Shown: positions 13,710 through 24,030 of the stretch, piece after piece
How the letters are laid out: each line of letters opens with the position of its first letter
How positions within the stretch are numbered: position 1 is the stretch's first letter
DNA from: Podarcis filfolensis
Taxonomy: Eukaryota
Direction: 5' to 3' (one strand)
Length of the DNA: 64,000 nucleotides
Assembly (NCBI GenBank): GCA_964270895.1
Contig: OZ185449.1
Made by a program: the position numbers and the translations under genes
Notes under the pieces: model-generated
Told to the model about the DNA's origin: nothing
Seen by the model: only the letters and a program-made list of their open reading frames with translations
The model's database searches: none

Positions 13710-15083
13710 CCTGATCTTCCCACAAAGAGGGTTGCCAGTATCTTAACTGCTCCTGCTCCTGTGCAGCAGAACATTTCTCATCAGCTGTTTCAATGCCAGG
13801 AATAAAGCCATCAGCCTGTCTGCTTGAATTCTATGTGTCAGGCTGGTGTCAGAAACATGGGAGTTTGGGGCTGTCGTTTTTTCTTAAAGTGGAAATTCCA
13901 CAGACTGATCTGAGCAGCTCATAGGACTGAGTGAACTGACCTCACCAGGAGCACCCTGCAAACTTCAGGAGCAAATGTTCAAACAGGCAAGCACCTTTAG
14001 ATCGTGTTCATTTTTAAAGCGTTGTTAATACCCAGATGGCACACTTTTCATCACTGTAAAACGGTGCTGAGTTAACAGAAAGCATGCTGAGCACTCCACA
14101 AAAACAGGAACACCTCCACGCAACCTCATACTTAAGCCAGATTCAGGTAATATGCTGTTAGTGTCCCGCCAGGATCAATTTAAGTCTGCTAAGCTGTGGA
14201 TTCTCTGGTTCACTGTTGTTGTTGCTGTTGGATTTTTTAAAAAAATCCTGCTGAGCAAGTGCTTGAACAAGCACACACTCAGATGCACAGCACTAAGAAT
14301 AATGAAATGAAAAGCATTGTAGATATCACAGCAACTAGGCCCCAATGCATTAAAAAGTCTTAGGAGTTTTTATATTCTTTCCCTGATTTTCAGTTTTATT
14401 TTGCATAAAATGTAAATGCTGAAGATTAGAAATGGGCAAATATGTCAGTTTTTGGTTTCTCTGTTTTCTCATTGTCACAGTCTTAAGTTCACATTTTGAC
14501 ATCACTTTGCTTTAAGTGCAGAAGAAAAATTATCAGCAGTTTAGTGAGAATTTGTTCTAATAGGTATCATTTTTGCAAAGCAAATTTCCCCAGTATAATG
14601 TGTTTTGGATGTTATTGTACTAATGCATTTCCATGCACACTTTAACCTAATGCAGGTGTGGGGAATCTATTATGGTCCTCCAAATGTTGATGAACTACAA
14701 CTCTCACAATCCCTGGCCATTGGCCATGCTTGCTGGGGCTGATGGGAAGAACAGCATTGCAAAATCTGGAGAAATGCGAATTTTAAGGGGTTGCTGTGTT
14801 TCCATTCTTGTATTGTTTCAGAAAAGACACATTCAGTAAATTTGCCTTGAAATGCAAACTGGATCCAATTTTCTTTCCCCTGCTGAAGATGGAGGGGAAA
14901 TAAATACATAATGGCAAAAAGCCAAAGCTACATGGGAGGACCTCTGTGGAGCTCTGAAATAGAAAGGGAAAATTGGGAACCTAAGAAGATTGAGAAAGCA
15001 CAGTCCAGCCAATTAAGCCCTTAGCAGTCTGCCTTACGTTGATTGAAGGCTAAACTAAAGCTTAGCTCCACCTGGACCAGGAA

Positions 15084-15255
15084 CATAAGGAAGTGCCCTC
15101 TACCAAGTCAAACCATTGGCCCATTTAGCTTAACATTGTCTACGCGAACTGGTAGCAGCTCTTCAGGATTTTAGATCAGGGTTTCTCCCAGCCTTAGCTG
15201 GAGATTCCAGGGATTGATTCAGGGACTTCTGCATGCAAAGTAGAGGCTCTCTCAC
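15084..15255 (-). mobile_element. Squam2-like SINE
   Basis: GGAACATAAGGAAG...GGAGATTCCAGGGATTGA...TGCATGCAAA. Confidence 0.6.
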
Positions 15256-16157
15256 AGACTCATAGTGTTTTCTTAAGGTAGGAACAGTCCTAGATGGAAC
15301 CCCAGGTTCGATAAGGTATATAACCTTCTGATACCTCCCACTTATGCAAGTTTAGTGTCATTTCAGCTACGTAAGGACTGGCACTCAGAAGATTGTACTT
15401 GCAGTTATTATGCAGAGCAGGGGCCACTAACCCCTTTGGGCCAGTCAGCACTCTGGGAATTTTGAGAAAGTGTTATAGCTGCCTGTCACCAAATTGCTAC
15501 TGTGAGGGAATGGCATGGCACAAAATGGCTGCTATGAAATTGTGGCATGGGTTCAAAGTGCGTGCCATATCTAAAAGAGCGCCAGAAGAGAGAGGACCAC
15601 CAGGTGCTACAGACATCACCTCCCATTAGCACCCATCAATGAAGAAATAAAAGGCAGCTATTTGATTACAGAGAGAAGTTCTTTGCACCTCTGTTCAGAA
15701 TGCAAAGGAGTGTGGATGTCCAGTCCTGGCATTCAGTGAAATAGGAGCATGCTTAAGGGGACATGTTGAATTGGGGAGAGAGGCTGAGCCACTGCAACCA
15801 GCAACTGAGCCCGCAGAACAAACAGTCTGTTCTGCATTGTGGATTCTGCAGGTAATATGGGTGGGCAGACTGGGCACCATGTTGGCAGCTCCTAATATAG
15901 AGATTCCTCATTGATGCTAATGAGGAAAAGCAATGGCACTTCTGGTCATTGTTTCAACAAGGCCGACATCCTTGACCCCAGGTGCTCCAGAAATGCAGTG
16001 TGTCAGGTGTCTGTCTGTGTGCACATACTGCACCCCTCCAAATACCCCACAATAGGTAGCTTCTTCTTCCAAACACCCCACCATCATAAATGGGAGGCAT
16101 GTGGATCTTTAATAAAATGACAGAGGAACTTTAAATCCATGTGCTGGTTCTCTAGCA

Positions 16158-16412
16158 CATGACTAGGCAAACTAAGGCCCGTGGGCTGGATTTGGCCCAA
16201 TCGCCTTCTCAATCCGGCCCCAGACAGTCCGGGAATCAGTGTGTTTTTACATGAGAAGAATGTGTCCTTTTATTTTAAAATGCATCTCTGGGTTATTTGT
16301 GGGGCATAGGAATTCGTTCATTTATTTATATTTTTCAAAATATAGTCTGGCCCCCGACAAGGTCTGAGGGACAGTGGACTGGCTCTCTGCTGTAAAACTT
16401 TGCTGACCCCTG
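16158..16412. mobile_element. hAT MITE
   Basis: Right TIR TTTGCTGACCCCTG, degenerate left TIR, 8-bp flanks CTCTAGCA / TTCTAGCG. Confidence 0.7.
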
Positions 16413-16466
16413 TTCTAGCGTACCCCAGCTGGTTACAGACAACATAATTGCACTGATTCTTTATGC

Positions 16467-16468
<2 letters not shown>

Positions 16469-16511
<43 letters not shown>
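16469..16511. repeat. (TG)21 microsatellite
   Basis: Direct reading. Confidence 0.95.
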
Positions 16512-16512
<1 letters not shown>

Positions 16513-17099
16513 AGAGAGAGAAAATAGATGAGCCGGATGGCATGAGGATATTTACATGGGCACTTAGCCAGGAAACAGTGTTGTGTTTTCCATAGATATG
16601 CTTCTTTAGGGAGGGTATCTCATCTGAATGTTTCAAGTTTCCTCTGCAGTCCTTCCTATAGGGAAGGTAAATTCCACATAATTCTATGCCTACAAACTGG
16701 GGGACCCTGGGGGAGAGAAAGAAAGTCCATTTATGCCAGACTATGCTATTGAATTTAAAACTGAATGCTGTTCATTTTGTTTACAGTAATATTGTACGAT
16801 ACTTGAGGGCTACCTCCCTCTAGTTATTTCACTTTTAAAAAACAAAACAAAAACAAATAACAAAAACAAGGAATACATGAAAGATATTCTTAAGAAGAAA
16901 CTGAACTGCTGGAGAATCACGGCATTGAAAAACCGAGCATTAAAAACCTACTTAGAAACATCCTCCCATTAATATCCCTTATAAAATCTTGTATCACATC
17001 CCTAAACCTCCTCAACTGACTTGGAAATGAACCAGATTTGATTTCACTGAGTGGCGTTTGCTTACACGTAAGAAGGCTTAAAGTTGTGCAACAAGGCAT

Positions 17100-17188
17100 C
17101 CTGACCCTATGTGTGGGGCTTAACTTCCAGGGAAGCGTATATAGGATTGCAGCACTGGTGTGAGGGAGAGGCATTTTGGCTTGCCTTG

Positions 17189-17228
<40 letters not shown>

Positions 17229-17688
17229 AATAAAGTATGAACTGCTTTCTTTTTTACATGCAGCTGAGGTTGCAGGCTAAGATCCCTTAGGATGATAGTG
17301 TAGCTCTACAGTGCTGCTTGCAAGAGTGTGTGTGAGCTGAGCCACCGGGTAGTGTAATAGCAGATGCTTGCCTGCGCTAAGCTGATTTACTTGTTTAAGA
17401 TCTGACCTCATCATTCTGTCAGGATGGATTCCCACCTATACAGTTAGGAAGATCTTAGCAGAACTGTCCGCGACATACAGAGGAAGCCTCAGTGAGAGAA
17501 AGGGAAGGACAAGTATTAGGAACACGAGCATTTCTTGCTTTCGTTCCTTATTTTGGAGAGGATGAAGCGGAGGCATTGAAAAACACAGGAGACGAACACA
17601 GGGTCTGTTTCCTTTCTGGAACAACAGGATTTTTTTGTAGCAGTGTTTTCCTTCTCTCTTTCTCTTTCCCCTTCCACAACTTGTGAAG
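17100..17688 (+). promoter_or_regulatory. Candidate KLHL4 proximal promoter / 5' UTR
   Basis: TATATAG at 17138-17144, (GT)18 at 17191-17227, directly upstream of the ATG exon. The TSS cannot be determined from sequence. Confidence 0.3.
17191..17227. repeat. (GT)18 microsatellite
   Basis: Direct reading. Confidence 0.95.
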
Positions 17689-18113
17689 ATGTCAGTCTCG
17701 GGGAAGAAGGAATTTGACGTGAAGCAGATCTTGAGGCTCCGCTGGAGATGGTTCAGCCACCCCTCTCAGAGTTCCACAGGCACCGGAGGTTGCCTGCAGC
17801 AGGAAGGATATGAGCATAGAGGGACACCAGTTCAGAACAGGCTGAAGAGCCACTCGCGGGACAGAAATGGGCTGAAGAAAAACAACAGCCCAATACGACA
17901 CAACATCTTGGCGCCAGTGCCTGGACCAACCCCAGTGCCCCACCGGCCGATCCAGACTTGGCCTGAGCAGCAGAACTTCATCGAGCACCTGCAAGCCACA
18001 GAGCAGGTGCCGAAAGCTGTCAGAGAGGAGGAAGGTGACAAAGAAGAGCTGGACAGAAAGGCGCAGGAGCTGCAGATGATCACAGAGGAGAGCAAGGATG
18101 AGTCCATCGAGAG
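17689..18113 (+). CDS. KLHL4: KLHL4 coding exon 1 (N-terminal region, [24 protein letters not shown]...)
   Basis: ATG at 17689 with A at -3. The translation matches the recognisable KLHL4 N-terminus ([22 protein letters not shown]...[24 protein letters not shown]). Donor AG|GTGGGT, phase 2. Confidence 0.95.
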
Positions 18114-18419
18114 GTGGGTGATTTAGAGGGCAGCGCTGAGGAAAATCAGCTGCATGTTATTGCTGTTATTAATGGTCATTGTTTGTGGTTATTGCTAACG
18201 TTGTTGTTGTTATATATAAAAAGCGCCACCAATGTGCACAGCACATTGCAATGCACAAGAGAACAAGTCCCTGCCTGGAGGAACTTACAGTGTAAAATAT
18301 GACATGGCGGGGGGTGGGGGGTGAGAGAGGAATGGCAGAGTAATCGAAGCAGACAGGGTATCCATGTGCATTTATTTTGGTTGCATGTACTTATACTTGG
18401 TTACAGCAGGGTAGGGAAA

Positions 18420-18826
18420 GGGCCTAAACTCAGTGGTAAGGCATCCACATGCAGAAGGTCCCAGGTTCTGTTCCCAGCATCTCCAGGCAGGGCTGGGAAT
18501 ACCCCCTGCCTAAAATTTTGGAAAACTGCTGCTAGCCAGTGTAGACAATACAGTGGTACCTCGGGTTAAGTACTTAATTTGTTCCGGAGGTCCGTTCTTA
18601 ACCTGAAACTGTTCTTAACCTGAAGCACCACTTTAGCTAATGGGGCCTCCTGCTGCTGCTGCACCGCCGGAGCACAATTTCTGTTCTCATCCTGAAGCAA
18701 AGTTCTTAACCAGAATCACTATTTCTGGGTTAGCGGAGTCTGTAACCTGAAGCATATGTAACCTGAGGTACCACTGTACTGAGCCATATGGGCCAGTGGT
18801 CTGACCTGGCATATAACACCTTCCCT
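18420..18826 (+). mobile_element. tRNA-derived SINE (Squam2-like) interrupted by a Tc1/mariner MITE
   Basis: CTCAGTGGTAAGGCA...GCAGAAGGTCCCAGGTT head. The body resumes after the MITE at a duplicated TA. Confidence 0.7.
18551..18776. mobile_element. Tc1/mariner (Tigger-like) MITE
   Basis: TIRs CAGTGGTACCTC / GAGGTACCACTG with TA duplication. Confidence 0.9.
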
Positions 18827-21800
18827 TTTCCCCAGTTAAGGCTTTGTGAGCCTAAAGTTTAATGAGAAAGGTGAACTTTGGCCTAAACTGCTTACTCTTT
18901 CTTTCTCCCCCAACTCTCTCTCTTCTTAAATAAACCTTACTCTTGCTGTTGTCTTGGAAATGAATATACTGCCCAGTTCTTAGGAAGCATGCTTTGTTTC
19001 ATTTTAAAAAATTGCTGGGGCTTTTTAACCCTAAGTGAATGAAACCCCTTCCTCTAAAATTCACACACATCCCACTGTGCTAAATACTGCTATTTTGTGT
19101 GTGTGTGAATGGCGTTTCCTGTTTATAAGATGCAGCCCCCACCAAGGAACAAGGTCCTTTGTGTTTCACCTTGTTTTTACTCCCACCCCCTTCCCCCCTG
19201 ACACTTCCCTGAGAATTTTCAGTAGCTTCTGTAGAGCGTGTTAATTTGTCTTCAGATAAATGAACCAGCTCAAAACCTTCCCTTTCCCGTGACTTTATCA
19301 ATAAGTTCAAACTTTGATGAATGGAAAACATTGGGACACACACAGACACTGCCACCAGTCCTCTTTGTTGCTGCTGTTTATTGCCTCACTGATGAATATA
19401 ATTAACCTTGAACCATACTGGGAAGTGGCAAGGAGCTTCTTAAAGGTTTATTTTAAAATTGCAGTAATCTCACCCGCAGCTTGCTGAAGGGAGAGAACCG
19501 AGGGCAGTCATGCACACTTGCTTGGGAGTACTATTAAACTAAATGCTTGACGGCGGGGGCAGTGGGGGCGGGGGGGGGCACTTGCTTGTCAGGGATTGAT
19601 ATGTTGGATTGACCTGTAAGTCCTAAACACACATGGAAGCTGATCCTCTAGGAATAAGTTCCCTTGTGTTCATTTGAACTAACTACTAACCCAGTGTAGA
19701 CAAGGCTGTGACCTTTCTAAGTAAAATGTCACTGAAAATGAGCAGGAAAGCGTTAGAGTTCAGATTTAGGATGGGAGTCGCTTCTTGTGAGAATCTGATA
19801 GCAACTGATAGCAACAAGGGCCAAAAGCAAAAAAACGGGGACGGTGGTGGAAATGTGGTTCCAGAAGTAATTTATTTTTAAAAACAGTATGTTGTAGTTG
19901 TTGGAGTGTTGGGACAAGAAACCTGAGAGGTCAGGGGTCAAATTCCTTCTCAGTCCTGAAGCTCACTGGGTGACCTTGGGCCAGTCACTTTCTCTTAGCC
20001 TAACTTACCTCACAGAATTGCTGTGAGAATATTTATTTAGTTCAGTCAGGATGCAAATGTATTTGCTCCAATACAAACTGTACATGTATTGCAAAATATA
20101 TATATAATTTTAGTCTCCAGCATTTTTTCATGCCAGGGAAAAAGGAATCCTGTTTGACAACCTGCATTTTAAAAAATTGCTTCTCATTTCTCCAGCTTGT
20201 GATGTGTAGCAATCCTGATTTGTTCAAATCTATGTCTGGGCAAGTTGAACAAAAGGCACGTTGGCATATTGAAATCTATAGAGGATTCATTAAGTGCCTG
20301 ACACCAGTGTACTTTTTGCACTGATGCCAACAAGAATGCAGCAACATACTCAGTAATGGAATTTTCCTTGTGAAGTCTGATTCTACACACCTTTACTGAT
20401 AAGTGTTTAATGGAGGCCAATGGGGCTTATTTCCAAGTAAGTGTATGAGAGAGCATAGCTTGAGCAGTAATTTTGAGCATGAAGAACAACAAATATGGTG
20501 GAAACAGTGGAAACTGCTATACTAAGGCAAATACAGCACTGCCCAACCAACTTTGTTGTGTCCTCAGCTTGCATGACTTCTTATTTATGGCCTTTCGAAG
20601 GGTAGCACTGCTTACTAGCTGTCTACTCCTTATAACTCAGAAGAGAAGAGGATGGGGACAAACAAGAATTACTTGACTCCACCTAGCAGCCCAGATACGC
20701 ACCAACCACCATTGGCTGGAAAGATCCCTTTCTCTGCTGGTAGCTGGCTAAAGTTGGGCTGAAATTCTCAGGAAAACAATTTTATCAGAATTTCTTTGAA
20801 TTTTTCTTTTTCTGAACTGTTGGAAAAGGTTGATTCTCCCCTGGAGAATATTCAACAAAATGGCCTCCTCAATTTCTTAATCCAATAATTGGATGGAGAA
20901 TTTCAGCTCCTGCTAAGCACCCCCAATTTTCATATTGTTTAATATTCAGTAATTCAGTAATATTAAATAAAGCAATGGGCGCACCTTCCTTCTCCTGGTC
21001 CTTTTCTCCTGGACAATTGCTTCCTTTCGCTATCAGAATGAATGAGCAACAGTCTCATTCAGCATTAACCTGAATCAAAATGTCTCAAAAGAGAATTTTC
21101 TGGGAATTCTTTTTGCCAACACAAAACCTGTTAGAGAATTCCACATCCCTCCCAGAGATTAATCTGAATATCCTCCTCCCCAGTCTTGCCTCCCACAATA
21201 AGGGTGGAAAATTTTGGGAGGCCACTTTTGCCCAGCAAAACTCAACAAATCAATATAGTCATCACTGCTGGGATGCCTTCAAAATTGTGTGGAGTCTGGC
21301 CTTCCTTTGAGAGTCTCTCCTACAGCAGCTGTCAGGAATATTGAACAGGGACACGGAAAAGTCACTGTGTGAGAACAATTCCAGGCACTAAGGTCCAGTT
21401 GTAATGGACCTGGCATGGGGAATCATAAGAAGCTGCTTTGTACCACATTAAGCTAGTTGTCCACCCAAGTTGGATTGCCTACTTTGACTACTCAGAATGA
21501 GGTCCTCCTCATCGACTGTTTCTGGATCCTTTCAACTGGAGTCCCTGGGAATTAGGCCTTGAACCTTCAGCATACAAAGTATGCTCTCTTCCTCTAAGCT
21601 GTAGCCGAACTTAGAAGCCCCTCAGAGTCTGTGGAGGAGGTCCTTTACATTTCCTGCCTCCTGCTCGTTTTAGCTGGAGGTCCTGGGGAGTGAACCCAGG
21701 ATCTTCTGTGTGCAAATTGATGCTGCCCTATCACTAAACTATGGTCCCTACCTGGATAGGGCAGCATCACTGTGTTTTGCAGTATCTGTGTTTTGAAACC

Positions 21801-22004
21801 CTAAAACGTCTTTCCTCTGGATTGGCGAAGTAAACAGCAACAGCCTTTCCAGCTAGGGGCTTCAACAATGGGATAATGAGAAGTTGTTTCCAATTACTAG
21901 GCAGGAAAGAAAACCTGTCACTAAAGCAGTGTGGTGTTGTTGTTGTTGTCATTGGTAGTGGTGGTAGTGGTGAAGAAGAGGCTCCAGGTAGATACTCATA
22001 TGTG

Positions 22005-22594
22005 TGTCATGGACTGGTTGGATGCAGAGGAATGGTGGGAGGAACTAGCTGGAGAACTTCCAGAAAAGGAAGGCTCAGAGCCCAGGGATTGGTGGTGGAA
22101 TGATGATGAGTGGTCAGAGGGAGAAGAGGGAGAATACAGGGAAGAGGAGGTGTCAGATGCTGAAGAGGTAACAGGGCTGAGTGAGCTGGGAGAGTCTGTG
22201 GCAGAGAGAAGCCCAGAATCAGAGGCAGAAGCTGAAGCAGGAGAAGAGGGAGGCCAAGAGGCAGAGGTGAGTCCGGCTGGTGAAGAGTCATGGGTGTCTC
22301 CTCCTCTTGCTACGACAAGCTCCCCTTCCCCCCGGTCTCCCAGAACCAGAAGAGGCATGAAAAGGGCAGAGGAGTGGTTGGCTTCATGCAGGCGCAGTCT
22401 CTGATTGCTTGGAAAAAGCCTGAGGAGGTGGGCACTTTCAGTCTTGGCAACTGATTTTCATGGAAGAAGACCACTGGGAATGAGCTACTCTGCTCATTAA
22501 GCCTGACAGTCAAGTCTGTGGAGATCCTTCTTTTTGCTAATAAAGTTAACTATCTTTGAACTGTGTGATTACAGACCAGCACACTCCTGTGACA
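22005..22594 (+). mobile_element. Solo LTR (Gypsy-like), 590 bp
   Basis: TGTCA...TGACA termini, perfect 5-bp TSD ATGTG (22000-22004 and 22595-22599), AATAAA near 22539. Confidence 0.88.
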
Positions 22595-23849
22595 ATGTGT
22601 TAGAAAAGCCTGATCACTGAGCTATGGCCATGACCCAGCAACTGCTTTAGAACCTGAAAGTTCTAATTGGTTCCCATTAGCAGCTCAATAGGACTGGTAG
22701 GCAGGGAGACCAACAGCAGGTGAAGGCAGAGCTAAGGAAGGCAGAGAAAACTAATTTATTGTTTTGTCCCTGGCCTCCTCCATCCCGAGTTGCAGAAGGG
22801 AAATGCTGAGAATGAGGAAGCACCAGAGGATAAGCAGTAACATCCCTTTCACTGGTTGTAAGCCAGAAGACAGGCAGGTAAGTAGGCTGAGGTTGGTGGG
22901 GCAGTTTGTCCTAATGGACCAGCCTCCACTGTTAAGCCACCAGCAGATCTATCCTCTGTGAAAACAGTCAGTGAAAGGGCCAGTATTAAAAATGGCCAGA
23001 GGGTTAGACATGCTAGTCGTGTCGCTTCTTAAACATTAACTCATTTATTATGACATATTCTTCTTCAACCAGATCCCTGCTTCATCAGATGCATGAAGTG
23101 TTATCCTCACTTGGCATATGTATGGGTGCAGAAGGGGGCAGAAAAAAAGGAGAGGAGCGAACACTGGTATCAAATGTTCCAAAATGCAAAAAGTACTGTC
23201 TGTGACCATCTGCTTGAAGTTTAAAAGCATGCGGTGCAAACGCAAGCTGTTTGTACATTGCATATTTTTCGACTGGGTGTTTTATTCTGTTTTGCAGTGT
23301 TAAAGTTAGTGATTGCCTGCGTTAGAAAGTGGAAGGCATAATAGTATTTAACATTCCCGCAGCCAGCAATTAAGGGTCAGGGTATGGCGCTTCTCATCTG
23401 TTGCCTAGCTTCCCCAAATCGTGATGACACATGTCTAGCGTCTCTCATGAACTTCACCAAATGACAAATACAGGGATTGTGGACTCATCTAATGGGAACT
23501 GTTTGAATCACAACCTCTTTCTATCAAGGATTCGTGACTGTCAGGATTGACTGGGTGTTGCGTTTTTCATTTCCTTGTCAATGACTATCTTCTCATTACC
23601 ATAGAATATGGTGTTCTTGCCTCTAAAATGTCTAGTGTTTTGACAGACATTCTAGGCATTTTTTTTTAACTGAGTGGCCAAATTTCCCTCCCCTGTGGTT
23701 TGGATCCAATGATGACACAATACAAGTGGAAGACTATTCTATTCATAGAAGAGCTGAAGGGGAGGGTATGATGTCCAAAATTCCCTATTACAGCTGCAAC
23801 CTGCCATCCCACCCCCTATAATAATTTTGGATAACTCCCTCACCACCAG

Positions 23850-24030
23850 GAGAAGCTTCTCAAACAGTGTGCATGCTTGGCAGGCAGAAGGCCACAGGTT
23901 TGATCTGCAGCATCCCCAGGTAGGATTGGGAATGGCCGTTGTCTGGAGAGCCACTGCCAGTCAGTGTAGACAGTATTGAGGTAGATGGACAAATGCTCTC
24001 ACTCGCCATAAAGCATCTTCTTATGTTCCT
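23850..24030 (+). mobile_element. Squam2-like SINE
   Basis: GCATGC...GCAGAAGG...CCAGGTTTGATC...GGAGAGCCACTGCCAGTCAGTGTAGAC motif series shared with the other copies. Confidence 0.65.

Noticed and set aside
21931-22008. N-terminal extension of the 157-aa ORF (MVLLLLSLVVVVVVKKR...)
   Set aside because: Comes from (GTT)/(GTG) simple repeats outside the LTR with a GTG start. Only the part from ATG 22009 is considered.
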